A stretch of DNA of 64,000 nucleotides from Myxococcota bacterium (GTDB lineage Bacteria; Myxococcota_A; Polyangia; Nannocystales; Nannocystaceae), in contig JBCCHT010000001.1 in the NCBI GenBank assembly GCA_039028615.1, positions 576,001 to 640,000 on the forward strand, in the 5' to 3' direction. How positions within the stretch are numbered: the first letter of the stretch is position 1; every line of letters starts with the position of its first letter. The position numbers and the translations under genes were made by a program. Below, piece after piece: positions 7,737 to 17,549 of the stretch. The notes beneath the pieces are model-generated. The model had not been told where the DNA came from and searched no databases. It worked only from the letters and a program-made list of their open reading frames with translations.

Positions 7737-8573
7737 ATGAAGCCCCGCGAGCTGCCTACCGGTCGAGTTCTTCGCGCGAGCGCCTCCATGCTCCTGCCCT
7801 TGCTCGGGGCCTGCGTGTCCGTGCAAGAGGACGAGGCCGCCACCGACGTCGCCGCCCGACAGTGTGAGGAAGCCGAGCTCCACCTCGAGGCCTGCACGGG
7901 CGAGCCCATCGAGCTTCCCCACTGCGACCCCGAGGATGCTGAGCGCGTGCTCTCGCTCAGCTGCGAAGCCCTGACGGACCCGGGCAAAGCGGACTGGCTC
8001 GGCGACTGGCTGTGCGGGCTGGGATGGCTCCGCCACTGCGCTGCCCCCGACTGCGCGCCGCAGCCCGCGATCCAGGCCGAGATCGACGACGCGAGCAGCT
8101 GCGCCGACTACATCGGCCTCGACGGCTGCGGCGCGTGTGACTACTACCTGTGCCGCGAAGCCGAGCGAGCGCAGCCCTGCGGCGCCGACGGCTACTACGT
8201 GGGCTTTGGTCACAACTACTGCGATCGCTTCAGCGAGCTCACCGCGCCGCGCTTGTCCCCCGCCGGGCAGCAGTGGATCGCCGATGTGCGCGCCTGCCTG
8301 CAGCTCGCCCTCGAGGACGTCCCCCACGACCTCGAGTGCGATGCCCTGCGCGACCATGCCTACGCCACGCACCCCGCCTGCTACGTGGAGACCGGCTTCT
8401 GCCAGCTGCCGATCACCGACCTGTGGACGGTGCTCAACACCGTCGAGCTGCAGGACCTGGGCTTCCGTCAGCCGCTGATGACCGGGGTCTCGTGCCTGGG
8501 TGAGCTGTTCGACCCGCAGACCCTCGAGCTGACCGACGAGGGCCGAAGCCGCTGGCTGGCCGAAGCCCCGTAG
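7737..8573 (+). CDS. Cys-rich lipoprotein with a stanniocalcin-like domain
   Basis: LGAC lipobox; CGxxGYYVGFGxxYCxxF...GQQWIxxVRxCLQ...CxxLxxxAYxTHPxCY..GFC pattern. Confidence 0.7.
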   Translation: MKPRELPTGRVLRASASMLLPLLGACVSVQEDEAATDVAARQCEEAELHLEACTGEPIELPHCDPEDAERVLSLSCEALTDPGKADWLGDWLCGLGWLRHCAAPDCAPQPAIQAEIDDASSCADYIGLDGCGACDYYLCREAERAQPCGADGYYVGFGHNYCDRFSELTAPRLSPAGQQWIADVRACLQLALEDVPHDLECDALRDHAYATHPACYVETGFCQLPITDLWTVLNTVELQDLGFRQPLMTGVSCLGELFDPQTLELTDEGRSRWLAEAP

Positions 8574-8579
8574 TCGCGC

Positions 8580-8993
8580 TCAGGACTTGGTCGCGCCGTA
8601 CTGCTCCTGGATCTCGAACGCATCGTAGAGCAGGCGCCAGGCACCGTCGGCCTCCTCGACCCAGCGCTCGCAGGTGATGATGCCGTGGCCCACGTTCATC
8701 GACCATGACGCGCTCAGCTCGACCGTCTTGGCATCGACGACGTGGAGCTTCACGTCGCGATAGACCAAGTCGGTCGCGCCGCTCGCCATGAAGGGTCGCC
8801 AAAAATCGTCGATCGCCTGGCGGCCCTCGAAGCGCCCCATGGGCTTGGCTTCCATCACCGCGCCCGGCGTATACGCCCGCACGCAGGCGTCGGTGTCGCC
8901 ATCGTTGAAGCTGCGAACCCACGCCACGCTCGTCTCGAGGACGGCCGCCATCACCCGCTGCTCGAATCCGCCTGTCTGGATCTCGGTGTTCAT
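8580..8993 (-). CDS. SnoaL/NTF2-like (YybH/DUF4440) protein
   Basis: W..xFNxGD...Y...A......GRxAIxxFW N-terminal pattern and DGAWRLLYD C-terminus; divergent from the LysR gene. Confidence 0.85.
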   Translation of the reverse strand: MNTEIQTGGFEQRVMAAVLETSVAWVRSFNDGDTDACVRAYTPGAVMEAKPMGRFEGRQAIDDFWRPFMASGATDLVYRDVKLHVVDAKTVELSASWSMNVGHGIITCERWVEEADGAWRLLYDAFEIQEQYGATKS

Positions 8994-9057
8994 GCTCTGA
9001 CCATGCGTGTGCGCCAATGCGCATCAATCTGCGATTTTGAGATACAGTTGTGCACTG

Positions 9058-9951
9058 ATGCACAACGACCTCGACTGGGACGACCTGCGCATGCTCCTGG
9101 CGATCCTTCGCGAGGGCTCGTTCCTCGGAGGCGCACGCACGCTCGAGATCAGCCACACGACGGCCTCGCGCCGGACGGCCGCGCTGGAGCGAGCCCTCGG
9201 CGTGCAGTTGCTCGAGCGGACCCCCGATGGACTGCTACCCACCGCCGCCGGCGAGCACGTACGGGACCTGGCCGAGCGCGCCGAGGCGGACATGCTCGCG
9301 CTGCGCCGCACCATCGCGGGGCAGGACATGCGGCTATTCGGCACCGTCCGCGTCGCGATGCCCTACTTGCTCGCGACCTACCTGCTGATGCCCACGCTGG
9401 CGGACTTCGCCCGGCAGTACCCCGACATCACGCTCGAGCTCGTCGCGAGCTACGAGCACGCGGACCTTCTGCGGCGTGAAGCCGACGTCGCGATCCGAGT
9501 GACCAACGATCCCCCGCAGTCGGCGGTGGGGCGGCGCATTGCGACGCTGGAGACGGGCCTGTACGTCGCCCGCAAGTCCCGGACCTCCACTCCGGCCTAC
9601 GTCGGCCTCGACGACGGTCGGCCCGTGCCTCGCTGGTACCACGCGCGCTACCCCGAGGCGCCGCTGGGTGTGCGGGTCAACGACTACCCGCTCCTGCTCG
9701 AAGCGGTGCGGTCGGGCCTCGGTGCCGCCGCGCTGCCGATGTGCGTGGCCGAGCGCCAGACCGGCCTGCGTCGCGTAGCCCCGTTGCCCGAGCAAGACGT
9801 CGGGCTGTGGGTGCTGACCCACGCCGACCTGCGTCGGACCGCCCGCATCCGCGCCCTGCTCGATTGGCTGGCCGAAGCCCTTCCGCCGCTGCTGGTCACG
9901 CCAGCGCGTCGAGACTCTCGAGGTCGAGGATCGTCACGCGCTGGCGCGTGA
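9058..9951 (+). CDS. LysR-family transcriptional regulator
   Basis: DWDDLR..GSFLGGA..TASRR..LE..LGVQLLERT HTH; LLRREADVAIR substrate-binding domain. Confidence 0.95.
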   Translation: MHNDLDWDDLRMLLAILREGSFLGGARTLEISHTTASRRTAALERALGVQLLERTPDGLLPTAAGEHVRDLAERAEADMLALRRTIAGQDMRLFGTVRVAMPYLLATYLLMPTLADFARQYPDITLELVASYEHADLLRREADVAIRVTNDPPQSAVGRRIATLETGLYVARKSRTSTPAYVGLDDGRPVPRWYHARYPEAPLGVRVNDYPLLLEAVRSGLGAAALPMCVAERQTGLRRVAPLPEQDVGLWVLTHADLRRTARIRALLDWLAEALPPLLVTPARRDSRGRGSSRAGA

Positions 9952-10666
9952 TCTCGACCAGGCCCGCCCGGCGCAGCTTGGCCTGCGCCCGCGTGACCTC
10001 GGCCCGGGTCGTACCCAGAAGCTCGGCCACCGTCTGCACGTCGAGGTCGCGGATGAGCTCGACCCGCTGCTTGCCGCCTTCGGCCCCGTTGCCCCCCTCG
10101 GCCCGCTGCACGTCGCGTCGCGCCAGGAACACCAAGAACGCGGCCAGCCGCTGCTCGACCGAGCGCAGCGACAGGTCGTAGATGAGCTCGAGCATCCGCC
10201 CCTGGCGGTAGCCCAGGGTCTGCACCAAGGCGAGCGCCACCGCCCCGCAGCGCAGCCCCGCCGCGCGAAGATCGGCGTACGACAGCTGCCAGGCGCTCGC
10301 CTCCGAGCGGGCGAAACACGACACGCGGCAGGTCTCGCCCTCGGCGGTGAGCCCCTCGGACACGAGCTTGCCGGCATCGGCCAAGAACACGATCTGCTCG
10401 CGCCCCTCGCTGGAGATCATGCTGACCTGGTACTCGCCGCGGCGCACGAAGAAGAGCCCGGCGCACGGGTCCCCGCGACGGAACAGGGCGCGCTTGGGGG
10501 CCGTCTCGACCAGCCGTGCATGACGACACAGGTCGACCAGCACCTCGTCGGGCACGTGCGGCCAGCCGAAGCCGGCCCCGCTCAACAGGCCGGCCAGCGC
10601 CACTGCGGCCTCTTCGTCCGCCCTCACCCGGAAAGGATAGTGCGCGAGCCCGACCCCGCCAAACAC
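9896..10666 (-). CDS. Crp/Fnr-family transcriptional regulator
   Basis: LFRRGDP..LFFVRRG..SSEGREQI cNMP-like domain; SVEQRLAAFL; VAELLGTTRAEVTR HTH. Start uncertain. Confidence 0.9.
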   Translation of the reverse strand: MFGGVGLAHYPFRVRADEEAAVALAGLLSGAGFGWPHVPDEVLVDLCRHARLVETAPKRALFRRGDPCAGLFFVRRGEYQVSMISSEGREQIVFLADAGKLVSEGLTAEGETCRVSCFARSEASAWQLSYADLRAAGLRCGAVALALVQTLGYRQGRMLELIYDLSLRSVEQRLAAFLVFLARRDVQRAEGGNGAEGGKQRVELIRDLDVQTVAELLGTTRAEVTRAQAKLRRAGLVEITRQRVTILDLESLDALA

Positions 10667-10743
10667 CCGGATGGATCATTCCTCTCATTGTCGCGACGGC
10701 AAAGACGCGGACGCCGGCCCCCCGCCGCCCCGAGACTGCCCCC

Positions 10744-11715
10744 ATGCGATTGGCAACCCTCGACGACGACAGCCGCGACGGCCACCTGGTGGTGGTGGAT
10801 CAGACCGGCGACCGCTACGCCTCCGCCGCCCCCATCGTGCCCACGCTGCAGGCCGCGCTGGACGACTGGTCCACCCACGAGGGTCCGCTGCGAGCCCTCG
10901 CCGCCAAGGTCGAGGCGGGGCTCGTGCCCACCCAGCCCATCGACGCAGACCAACTGCTGGCCCCGCTGCCTCGCGCCTACGAGTGGATCGACGGCTCGGC
11001 GTACATCAACCACATCGTCTTGGTGCGCAAGGCTCGGGGCGCGGAACCTCCCCCCACCCTGCGCACGGAGCCGCTGGTCTACCAGGGCGGTTCCGGCCGC
11101 CTGCTCGGCCCCCGCGCCCCGATCTCCACGTTCGGGGGTGATGCCGGGCTCGATTTCGAGGGTGAGATCTGCGTGGTGCTGGGCGACGTGCCCCAGGGCA
11201 CCCGGGCGCAGGACGCCGAGCAGTACATCCGCCTCGTGCTGCTGTGCAACGACGTGTCGCTGCGCTCGTTGATCCCCGGCGAGCTGTCCAAGGGCTTCGG
11301 GTTCTTCGTCTCCAAGCCCGCCACCGCGTTCTCTCCCCTCGCGGTGACCCCCGACGTGCTGGGCGACGCGTGGCAAGGCGGCCGACTCCACCTGCCCCTC
11401 GAGGTCACGCTCAACGAGCGGCGCATGGGCTTCGCCCACGCTGGCACCGAGATGCACTTTTCCTTCCACGACCTCATCGAGCACGTCACCCGCACGCGCA
11501 GCCTGACCGCGGGGACGATCCTCGGCAGCGGCACCGTCTCCAACGAAGCGCCCGAGACCGGCGTGTCGTGCCTGGCCGAGCGCCGCATGGAGGAGATCAT
11601 CGCTGGGGGCGAGGCCACCACTCCGTTCCTGCAGCACGGCGACCGCGTCCAGATTCGCATGCGCAACGCCGAAGGCACCGACCTGTTCGGCACCATCAGC
11701 CAGGAAGTGCGATGA
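10744..11715 (+). CDS. fahA: Fumarylacetoacetate hydrolase family protein
   Basis: APLPRAYEWIDGSAY, DFEGE, NDVSLR, KGFGFFVSKP, GSGTVSN; first gene of the tyrosine catabolic operon. Confidence 0.9.
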   Translation: MRLATLDDDSRDGHLVVVDQTGDRYASAAPIVPTLQAALDDWSTHEGPLRALAAKVEAGLVPTQPIDADQLLAPLPRAYEWIDGSAYINHIVLVRKARGAEPPPTLRTEPLVYQGGSGRLLGPRAPISTFGGDAGLDFEGEICVVLGDVPQGTRAQDAEQYIRLVLLCNDVSLRSLIPGELSKGFGFFVSKPATAFSPLAVTPDVLGDAWQGGRLHLPLEVTLNERRMGFAHAGTEMHFSFHDLIEHVTRTRSLTAGTILGSGTVSNEAPETGVSCLAERRMEEIIAGGEATTPFLQHGDRVQIRMRNAEGTDLFGTISQEVR

Positions 11716-12362
11716 GCTTGGTGCTCCACGGCTACTGGCGCAGCAGCTGCTCGTGGCGGGTACGAATCGCGCTCGCCCACAAGGGCATCGCCGTCGAGCA
11801 CCACCCCGTGAACCTGCTGCAGGGCGAACACCGTGAGGACTCCTTCCGCGCCCTCACTCCCGCCACGCGGGTGCCCGTGCTGGAAGACCGCGGGTCCGAT
11901 CCCGTCCTGCGCCTGAGCGAGTCGATGGCGATCCTCGAGTGGCTCGAGCAACGGTGGCCGAAGCCGCCGCTGCTGCCCGAGGAGCCCAGCGCTCGAGCCC
12001 GTGTTCGCCAGGTGGCCCTTCATGTCGCCAGTGCGATTCAGCCGCTGCAGAACGTCGGCCTGCTCGCCCAGCTCCGTGAGGTCGGCGTCGATGCTCGGGC
12101 CTTTGCGGCAGCACGGATCGCCGAAGGCCTGACCCGGCTCGAGGCCATGCTCACCGACCACGAGGGCCCCTTTGCCTGCGGGCCCGCCCCGACCTTCGCC
12201 GACGTCTGCCTCGTCCCTCAGCTGTACAACGCGCGCCGCTTCGACGTAGCGCTCGACTGCTTCCCTCGCCTGCTCGCCGCCGAAGCGGCCTGTGAGCGAC
12301 TTCCGGCCTTCGTGAAGGCCCATCCCGACCAACAACCCGATCGTCCGAGGACTGCATCATGA
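11712..12362 (+). CDS. maiA: Maleylacetoacetate isomerase (GST-zeta)
   Basis: YWRSSCSWRVRIAL, IQPLQN, ADVCLVPQLYNARRF; ATGA overlap with fahA. Confidence 0.95.
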   Translation: MSLVLHGYWRSSCSWRVRIALAHKGIAVEHHPVNLLQGEHREDSFRALTPATRVPVLEDRGSDPVLRLSESMAILEWLEQRWPKPPLLPEEPSARARVRQVALHVASAIQPLQNVGLLAQLREVGVDARAFAAARIAEGLTRLEAMLTDHEGPFACGPAPTFADVCLVPQLYNARRFDVALDCFPRLLAAEAACERLPAFVKAHPDQQPDRPRTAS

Positions 12363-13513
12363 ACGACGCCACCGAGTCCCTGGGTCTCAAGGGCATCTAC
12401 GCCCTGCACCTGTACGTCCGTGACCTTCGCCGCTATCGCAGCCTGCTCTGTGACCAGCTCGACTTCGCCGAGATCGGCGTCAGCGGCCCCGAGCTGACCG
12501 AGAAGGGGCGTCAACGCTCCGCGCTATTCGAGGCGGGAGGCTGTCGCCTGCTCGTATGCGAGCCGCAGGGCAAGGGCGGCCGGGCGTGGCGCTTCCTCAA
12601 CAAGCACCCCGAGGGCATCGGCACGATCGCGTTCGAGGTCGAGGACATCGAGCATTGCTTTGCCGTGCTCGAGGCCCGCGGCGCCACCATGATCGACGAG
12701 ATCCAGCGCTGGAGCGACGACACGGGCTCGCTGGCGTCGTTCTCCATCACCACGCCCTTCGGCGACGCCACCTTCCGCTTCGTGGAGCGTCGCGGCAACG
12801 CGCCGCTCATCGTCGGCCTCGACCACTACGAGACCCCGCGTGGCGGCAGCAACCGCCTGGGCTTCCGCGGCATCGACCACATCACGTCCAACTTCCCCAC
12901 CATGAAGCCCGCCCTGCTGTGGATGGAGCACGTGCTCGGCTTCAAGGAGTACTGGAGCGTCGAGTTCCACACCAACGATGTCGCCCAGTCCGCGGACCAC
13001 GGCTCGGGGCTCAAGTCGGTCGTCATGTGGGACCCCCACTCCGGCATCAAGTTCGCGAACAACGAGCCCTCGCGACCGCACTTCCGCTCCTCGCAGATCA
13101 ACGTATTCGCCGAGGAGCACCGTGGCTCGGGCGTGCAGCACTTCGCCCTCGCCTGCCACGACATCCTCTCCACCGTGCGGGCCATGCGAGAGCGCGAGGT
13201 CGAGTTCATGCCGACCCCGGGCACCTACTACGACGCGCTGCCCGAACGACTGCGCACGCTGGGGGTGGAGCGCATCGAGGAAGACATCGAGCAGCTTCGC
13301 GAGCTCCAGATCCTGGTCGACGGAGAAGCCAAGGGCTCCTACCTCCTGCAGATCTTCATGCGGGAGGCGGCAGGCCTGTTCGCGGACGACGATGCCGGTC
13401 CCGCATTCATCGAGATCATCCAGCGCAAGGGCGACGATGGGTTCGGCGCGGGTAACTTCCGCGCGCTCTTCGAGAGCATCGAGCGACAGCAAGTGGAGGA
13501 AGGACGGATCTGA
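12359..13513 (+). CDS. hppD: 4-hydroxyphenylpyruvate dioxygenase
   Basis: IDHI, NEP, SQI, GVQH, YLLQIF, EIIQRKG..GFGAGNFRALFESIE. Confidence 0.97.
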   Translation: MNDATESLGLKGIYALHLYVRDLRRYRSLLCDQLDFAEIGVSGPELTEKGRQRSALFEAGGCRLLVCEPQGKGGRAWRFLNKHPEGIGTIAFEVEDIEHCFAVLEARGATMIDEIQRWSDDTGSLASFSITTPFGDATFRFVERRGNAPLIVGLDHYETPRGGSNRLGFRGIDHITSNFPTMKPALLWMEHVLGFKEYWSVEFHTNDVAQSADHGSGLKSVVMWDPHSGIKFANNEPSRPHFRSSQINVFAEEHRGSGVQHFALACHDILSTVRAMREREVEFMPTPGTYYDALPERLRTLGVERIEEDIEQLRELQILVDGEAKGSYLLQIFMREAAGLFADDDAGPAFIEIIQRKGDDGFGAGNFRALFESIERQQVEEGRI

Positions 13514-14688
13514 TGCTGGAACGCATGCAATGCGGGCAGGTGCCCGACAAGCACCACATCGCCCTGCAGTCGCCCGAGGGCCAGCTGCGCTGGGAAGAGT
13601 GCCTCACTCGCCAGGGGTTCGACGGGCCGTACACCATCCTGTACCGCGAGCACGAGCCGCACCTGCAGAACCCGGCTAGCATCGGCAAGGGCTGGGCGAA
13701 CCCGAGCGCGGAGTCGCGAGCGACCCCGCCGCTGCTGCGGCGGCACTTCCAGACCCCGAAGCTGACCGCCCACTCGGGCGGCCCCATCGAGGCGCGAACG
13801 CCCCTGCTGCACAACGAGGACGTGGTCGTCAGCGTGGTCAAGCCGACGCTCAACGACGCCCGCTACTTCTCGAACGCCGACGGCGACGATCTGTACTTCG
13901 TCCTCGAGGGCGGCGGCACGCTCCGCTCGCCGATGGGTGATCTGCGCTTTGGCACCAACGACTACGTGTTCGTGCCTCGTGGCGTCGCCCACCGCATGAT
14001 CCTCGACGAGGGGCCGCAGTTCTGGCTGTCCATCGAGTGCCACGGCGGCCTGTCGGTGCCGCAGCAGTGGCGCAACGAGGTCGGCCAGCTGCGCATGGAC
14101 GCGCCCTATTGTCATCGCGACTTCGGCCGCCCCGTGTTCGAGGGACCCCGCGACGAGGGCCTGCGCAAGCTGCTGATCAAGCGCGGCGGCCAGTTCCACG
14201 GCTTCGAGCTCGCCAACAACCCGCTCGACGTCGTCGGCTGGGACGGCACCGTCTACCCCTGGACCTTCCCCATCCTCGCGTTCCAACCCCGCGTGGGCAT
14301 GGTGCACTTGCCCCCGAGCTGGCACGGGACCTTCGCCGCCCGCGGGGCGCTGATCTGCAGCTTCGTGCCCCGCCCGGTCGACTTCCACCGCGACGCGATT
14401 CCTTGCCCCTACCCGCACAGCTCGGTCGACGTCGACGAGGTGCTGTTCTACTGCTCGGGCGACTTCACCTCGCGCGAAGGCGTGGGCCCGGGCAGCGTCT
14501 CGTTGCACCCGGCTGGTGTGCCGCACGGGCCCCACGCTGGCGCCTACGAGCGCAGCCGCGGCACCACCCGCACCAACGAGATGGCGGTGATGCTCGACTG
14601 TGCGCGGCCGCTGTATCCGACGGCCGCGGCGAAGGACATCGAGGACGAGGCCTATCACCGCAGCTTCGGGCACGCGCCCAGCCGCTGA
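13513..14688 (+). CDS. hmgA: Homogentisate 1,2-dioxygenase
   Basis: NADGDD, PLDVVGWDG, VHLPP, PYPHSSVDVDEVLFY, SLHPAGVPHGP, EMAVMLD. Confidence 0.95.
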   Translation: MLERMQCGQVPDKHHIALQSPEGQLRWEECLTRQGFDGPYTILYREHEPHLQNPASIGKGWANPSAESRATPPLLRRHFQTPKLTAHSGGPIEARTPLLHNEDVVVSVVKPTLNDARYFSNADGDDLYFVLEGGGTLRSPMGDLRFGTNDYVFVPRGVAHRMILDEGPQFWLSIECHGGLSVPQQWRNEVGQLRMDAPYCHRDFGRPVFEGPRDEGLRKLLIKRGGQFHGFELANNPLDVVGWDGTVYPWTFPILAFQPRVGMVHLPPSWHGTFAARGALICSFVPRPVDFHRDAIPCPYPHSSVDVDEVLFYCSGDFTSREGVGPGSVSLHPAGVPHGPHAGAYERSRGTTRTNEMAVMLDCARPLYPTAAAKDIEDEAYHRSFGHAPSR

Positions 14689-14709
14689 GACACCGCAACG
14701 AGACGAAGA

Positions 14710-14736
14710 CCGCGGCTCCCGAGACGGGACCCGCGG
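14710..14736. terminator. Hairpin between convergent hmgA and lipase chaperone genes
   Basis: ccgcgg-c-tcccg-aga-cggga-c-ccgcgg inverted repeat; no T tract. Confidence 0.4.
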
Positions 14737-14754
14737 CCTCCCACATTGTCCCGC

Positions 14755-15489
14755 CTAGCCCTCGGCGGCGACGCGGCGCCGTTCCTCCAGGGCCAGCCAG
14801 CGCTCGACCGCCTCCGGCTCGACCAGCCCCTCCAGGGCGGCCCGGCGAGCATCCACGTCATCGACTGGGATCTCGGCCAGCGCCTCGTGGATCCGCGTCA
14901 GCACGTGCGACCGAGACTCTTCCTCGGCGGGCCCCTCGACTCGCTGCCGAAGCGCCAACAGCTGCGCCCGCTTGGCCTCGGTGCTCAGCGTGGAGTCCCG
15001 CAGGATGCCCTGGAGACGGACCGACGCGGACAGGCGAGAGCCTTCGTCGGGCACCCCGGCTACGTCGCCGACCGTGCGCATGCGGATCTCGGACAGCGCC
15101 AGCACCATCGCCCGCTCCCCTCCCGCCGCCGCCTCCGGGTCCTGCACCAGCGACGCGGCCTCGCGTCGGTAGTCCAGATAGCCATGGAACGCCTCCCACG
15201 CCTCGCGCTCGGCCTCTCCGGCCATGCGAGCCTCGATCTCCTTCCACACCCGGGCATGCAGGGCGCCGTCGTCGACCTCGCCCTCGGCCGCCAGGAAGTG
15301 GTCGAAGAACGCCCGCGACTGCTCGTCGAACACGAAGTGTCCGTCCTGGTCCACGCTGAGCTGACCGTCGATTTCGACCCCCTCCAGTGAGCGGGGGTAG
15401 GCCGGGTCGGGCAGCTCGACGCCCATGTCGCAGGCCCCACCGAAGGCCATCGTCAGCACCAAGACACTCGCTTTGATCATGTGATTCAT
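14755..15489 (-). CDS. Lipase secretion chaperone (Lif/foldase)
   Basis: PRSLEGVEIDG..RAFFDHFLAAEGE matches the Lif signature RxxFDYFL(S/T)A; lies directly downstream of the lipase. Confidence 0.85.
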   Translation of the reverse strand: MNHMIKASVLVLTMAFGGACDMGVELPDPAYPRSLEGVEIDGQLSVDQDGHFVFDEQSRAFFDHFLAAEGEVDDGALHARVWKEIEARMAGEAEREAWEAFHGYLDYRREAASLVQDPEAAAGGERAMVLALSEIRMRTVGDVAGVPDEGSRLSASVRLQGILRDSTLSTEAKRAQLLALRQRVEGPAEEESRSHVLTRIHEALAEIPVDDVDARRAALEGLVEPEAVERWLALEERRRVAAEG

Positions 15490-15509
15490 CGTCGTCTCCT
15501 TTCCGGCGC

Positions 15510-16439
15510 TTAGAGGCCCAAGTTGCGCAATCGGTTGGCGTGTTGGCGGAACAGAGTCTTGGGACTCGAGGACCACCAGTGCACCATGCCGAACACGTGA
15601 TTGACGGCATCGAGGTGGTTTTGGTCGTAGTCGTCCCGGATCACGGTCCCCAGATGAGCGCTACATTGACCGACCAGGCCATCGTTGGGTTCGTCGTAGA
15701 CGAGCGAGGTAATCCCGAACGCCGCGTCGGAGATGTCGAAGATGTTGGTGACCGCCCGATCACCGGTCCACGAGAAGTAGTGGACCCCGTCCACCACCGG
15801 TTCTCCCTCGCCGCACCATTCCGCAGGCAGCCCCTGCGGGTAGGCGGCATTGAAGGTCGCCATGCCCTCCGTCCCCAGCGAATCCAGGGTTCCGAGCGGG
15901 TCCTGGGGGTTGTACGTGCCCGACAACAGGGCGATGAGCGAGCCCAGCCCCCCCGCCATGCCGGCCAGGACGGTCTCGCCGATCGAGCCCTCCTCGACGT
16001 TGTCGCGCAGGAAGTCGGCGAGCTCCGCCCCCTGGTGCGGGCTGGCCACCGACGTCACCGAAGCCACCAGATCGGGGCGCTGCGCCGCCACCCAGCGGGC
16101 ATCGAGGCCCCCGTGGCTATGCCCGATGATGTTGACTCGAGGCGAGCCGCTCAGTGCGACAATCTCCTCGACTTGTGCCAACAGTTGGGCGCCCCGGTCT
16201 TCGGTGGAGCCGAACTGGCTCACTTGTGTCACGTACACTTCGGCCCCGCTGCGCTCGAGCGCATACTCCAGGCCATTCCAGTAGTCGAACACTCCGAAGA
16301 GTGTGTCGAAGCCAGAAGCACCGTGGGCCAAAACGATGGGATATTCCGTCTCCGTATATCCCGCTGCTCGAACATCACTGGCCATCGTCCCCACCCACAA
16401 TGCGGCGGTGAACGTGGCGACTCGCGTCACCATTCCCAT
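15510..16439 (-). CDS. Secreted triacylglycerol lipase (family I.1/I.2)
   Basis: YPIVLAHG, VNIIGHSHGG, NDGLV..CSAHLG.VIRDDY..NHLD; N-terminal signal peptide. Confidence 0.95.
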   Translation of the reverse strand: MGMVTRVATFTAALWVGTMASDVRAAGYTETEYPIVLAHGASGFDTLFGVFDYWNGLEYALERSGAEVYVTQVSQFGSTEDRGAQLLAQVEEIVALSGSPRVNIIGHSHGGLDARWVAAQRPDLVASVTSVASPHQGAELADFLRDNVEEGSIGETVLAGMAGGLGSLIALLSGTYNPQDPLGTLDSLGTEGMATFNAAYPQGLPAEWCGEGEPVVDGVHYFSWTGDRAVTNIFDISDAAFGITSLVYDEPNDGLVGQCSAHLGTVIRDDYDQNHLDAVNHVFGMVHWWSSSPKTLFRQHANRLRNLGL

Positions 16440-16875
16440 CCTAACTACTCCCCTTCTCGAGTCGCCGTCTCACCAACAGAGATCGACGCCCGTTCCGTCT
16501 TCCATCATCGATATCGTCGTGAGAATGTCAACGACAACTTTTGCCGTCATGCAATCGTCACACAATGCGCTGTTTCGACCGTCCATCGCGAGGTGTTCGA
16601 CACTGTCACAACACGCGGTGTCCGAAACCCGGCCTGAAATCGTGGCCCATGTCCGAAAGACAGGCCGGGACTGGACACCCGTATCGGAGCAACGGCGTGC
16701 CACGATTTGTCGGTTTTTCGTCGCATCCCCGCGACCCGAGTTCGCGCCATACCGCCAAAACCCCTCGTTCCCGGCCTTCAGAGCACCGTAGCGGGTAGAT
16801 TCCGTAAGCAAGCGGTCACCTCTGACAGTGCGACCGAGCCCGAACATGAGTCGACTGCTACGATCGCCGTCGACG

Positions 16876-17511
16876 ATGTCCGACCCCCGCACCGACGAGG
16901 CACTGCTCGAGGCATGGCGCCAGGGTGATCGACCCGCGGGGGCGGCCCTGTTCGCCCGGCACTACGACCTCGTGGTCCGATTCTTCATCAACAAGGTCGG
17001 CCCTCAGGAACAGGCCGACCTGATCCAGCGGACCTTCCTCGCGTGCGTCGAGGGCAAAGAGCGTGTTCGAGGTGACCGCTTTCGCAACTACTTGCTGGGC
17101 ATCGCCTTCCGTCAGCTCTACAAGCACTACGAAAAGCGCCGCGGCGAGCGAGCCCGACTCGACTTCGGCACCCTGAGCGTCGAAGACCTCGATCCTTCCC
17201 CCAGCCAGCTCGCCGCCAAGCAAGACGAGCAACGCCTGCTGCTGGCCGCCCTGCGCAAGATCCCGCTCGAGTATCAGATCGCGCTCGAGCTTTCGTACTG
17301 GGAGGGCTACACCGCGGCGCGCCTGGCCGAGGCGCTCGAGATCCCGCTGGGCACCGCCAAGACCCGAATCCGCCGCGCCCGCCAGCTCGTCGAAGAGCAG
17401 CTGGAGGCCCTGGCCAGCACCCCCTCGCTGCTCGAGAGCACCCGCATGAACCTCGAGCAGTGGGCCCAAGGCCTGCGCGAGCTGGCCACCCCCGAGGGCG
17501 CGGACAAATAG
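16876..17511 (+). CDS. ECF RNA polymerase sigma factor
   Basis: DEALLEAWRQGD, DLIQRTF (region 2) and IPLGTAKTRIRRAR (region 4.2). Confidence 0.95.
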   Translation: MSDPRTDEALLEAWRQGDRPAGAALFARHYDLVVRFFINKVGPQEQADLIQRTFLACVEGKERVRGDRFRNYLLGIAFRQLYKHYEKRRGERARLDFGTLSVEDLDPSPSQLAAKQDEQRLLLAALRKIPLEYQIALELSYWEGYTAARLAEALEIPLGTAKTRIRRARQLVEEQLEALASTPSLLESTRMNLEQWAQGLRELATPEGADK

Positions 17512-17549
17512 GCGGGAATGCGCGGCCGAGGCCAGCGGTACGGGCCTCC

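Noticed and set aside
10688..10702. TTGTCG-CGA-CGGCAA as an Fnr/Crp box between crp and fahA
   Set aside because: TTG-N9-CAA spacing is one base longer than the canonical box and the half-sites match poorly.
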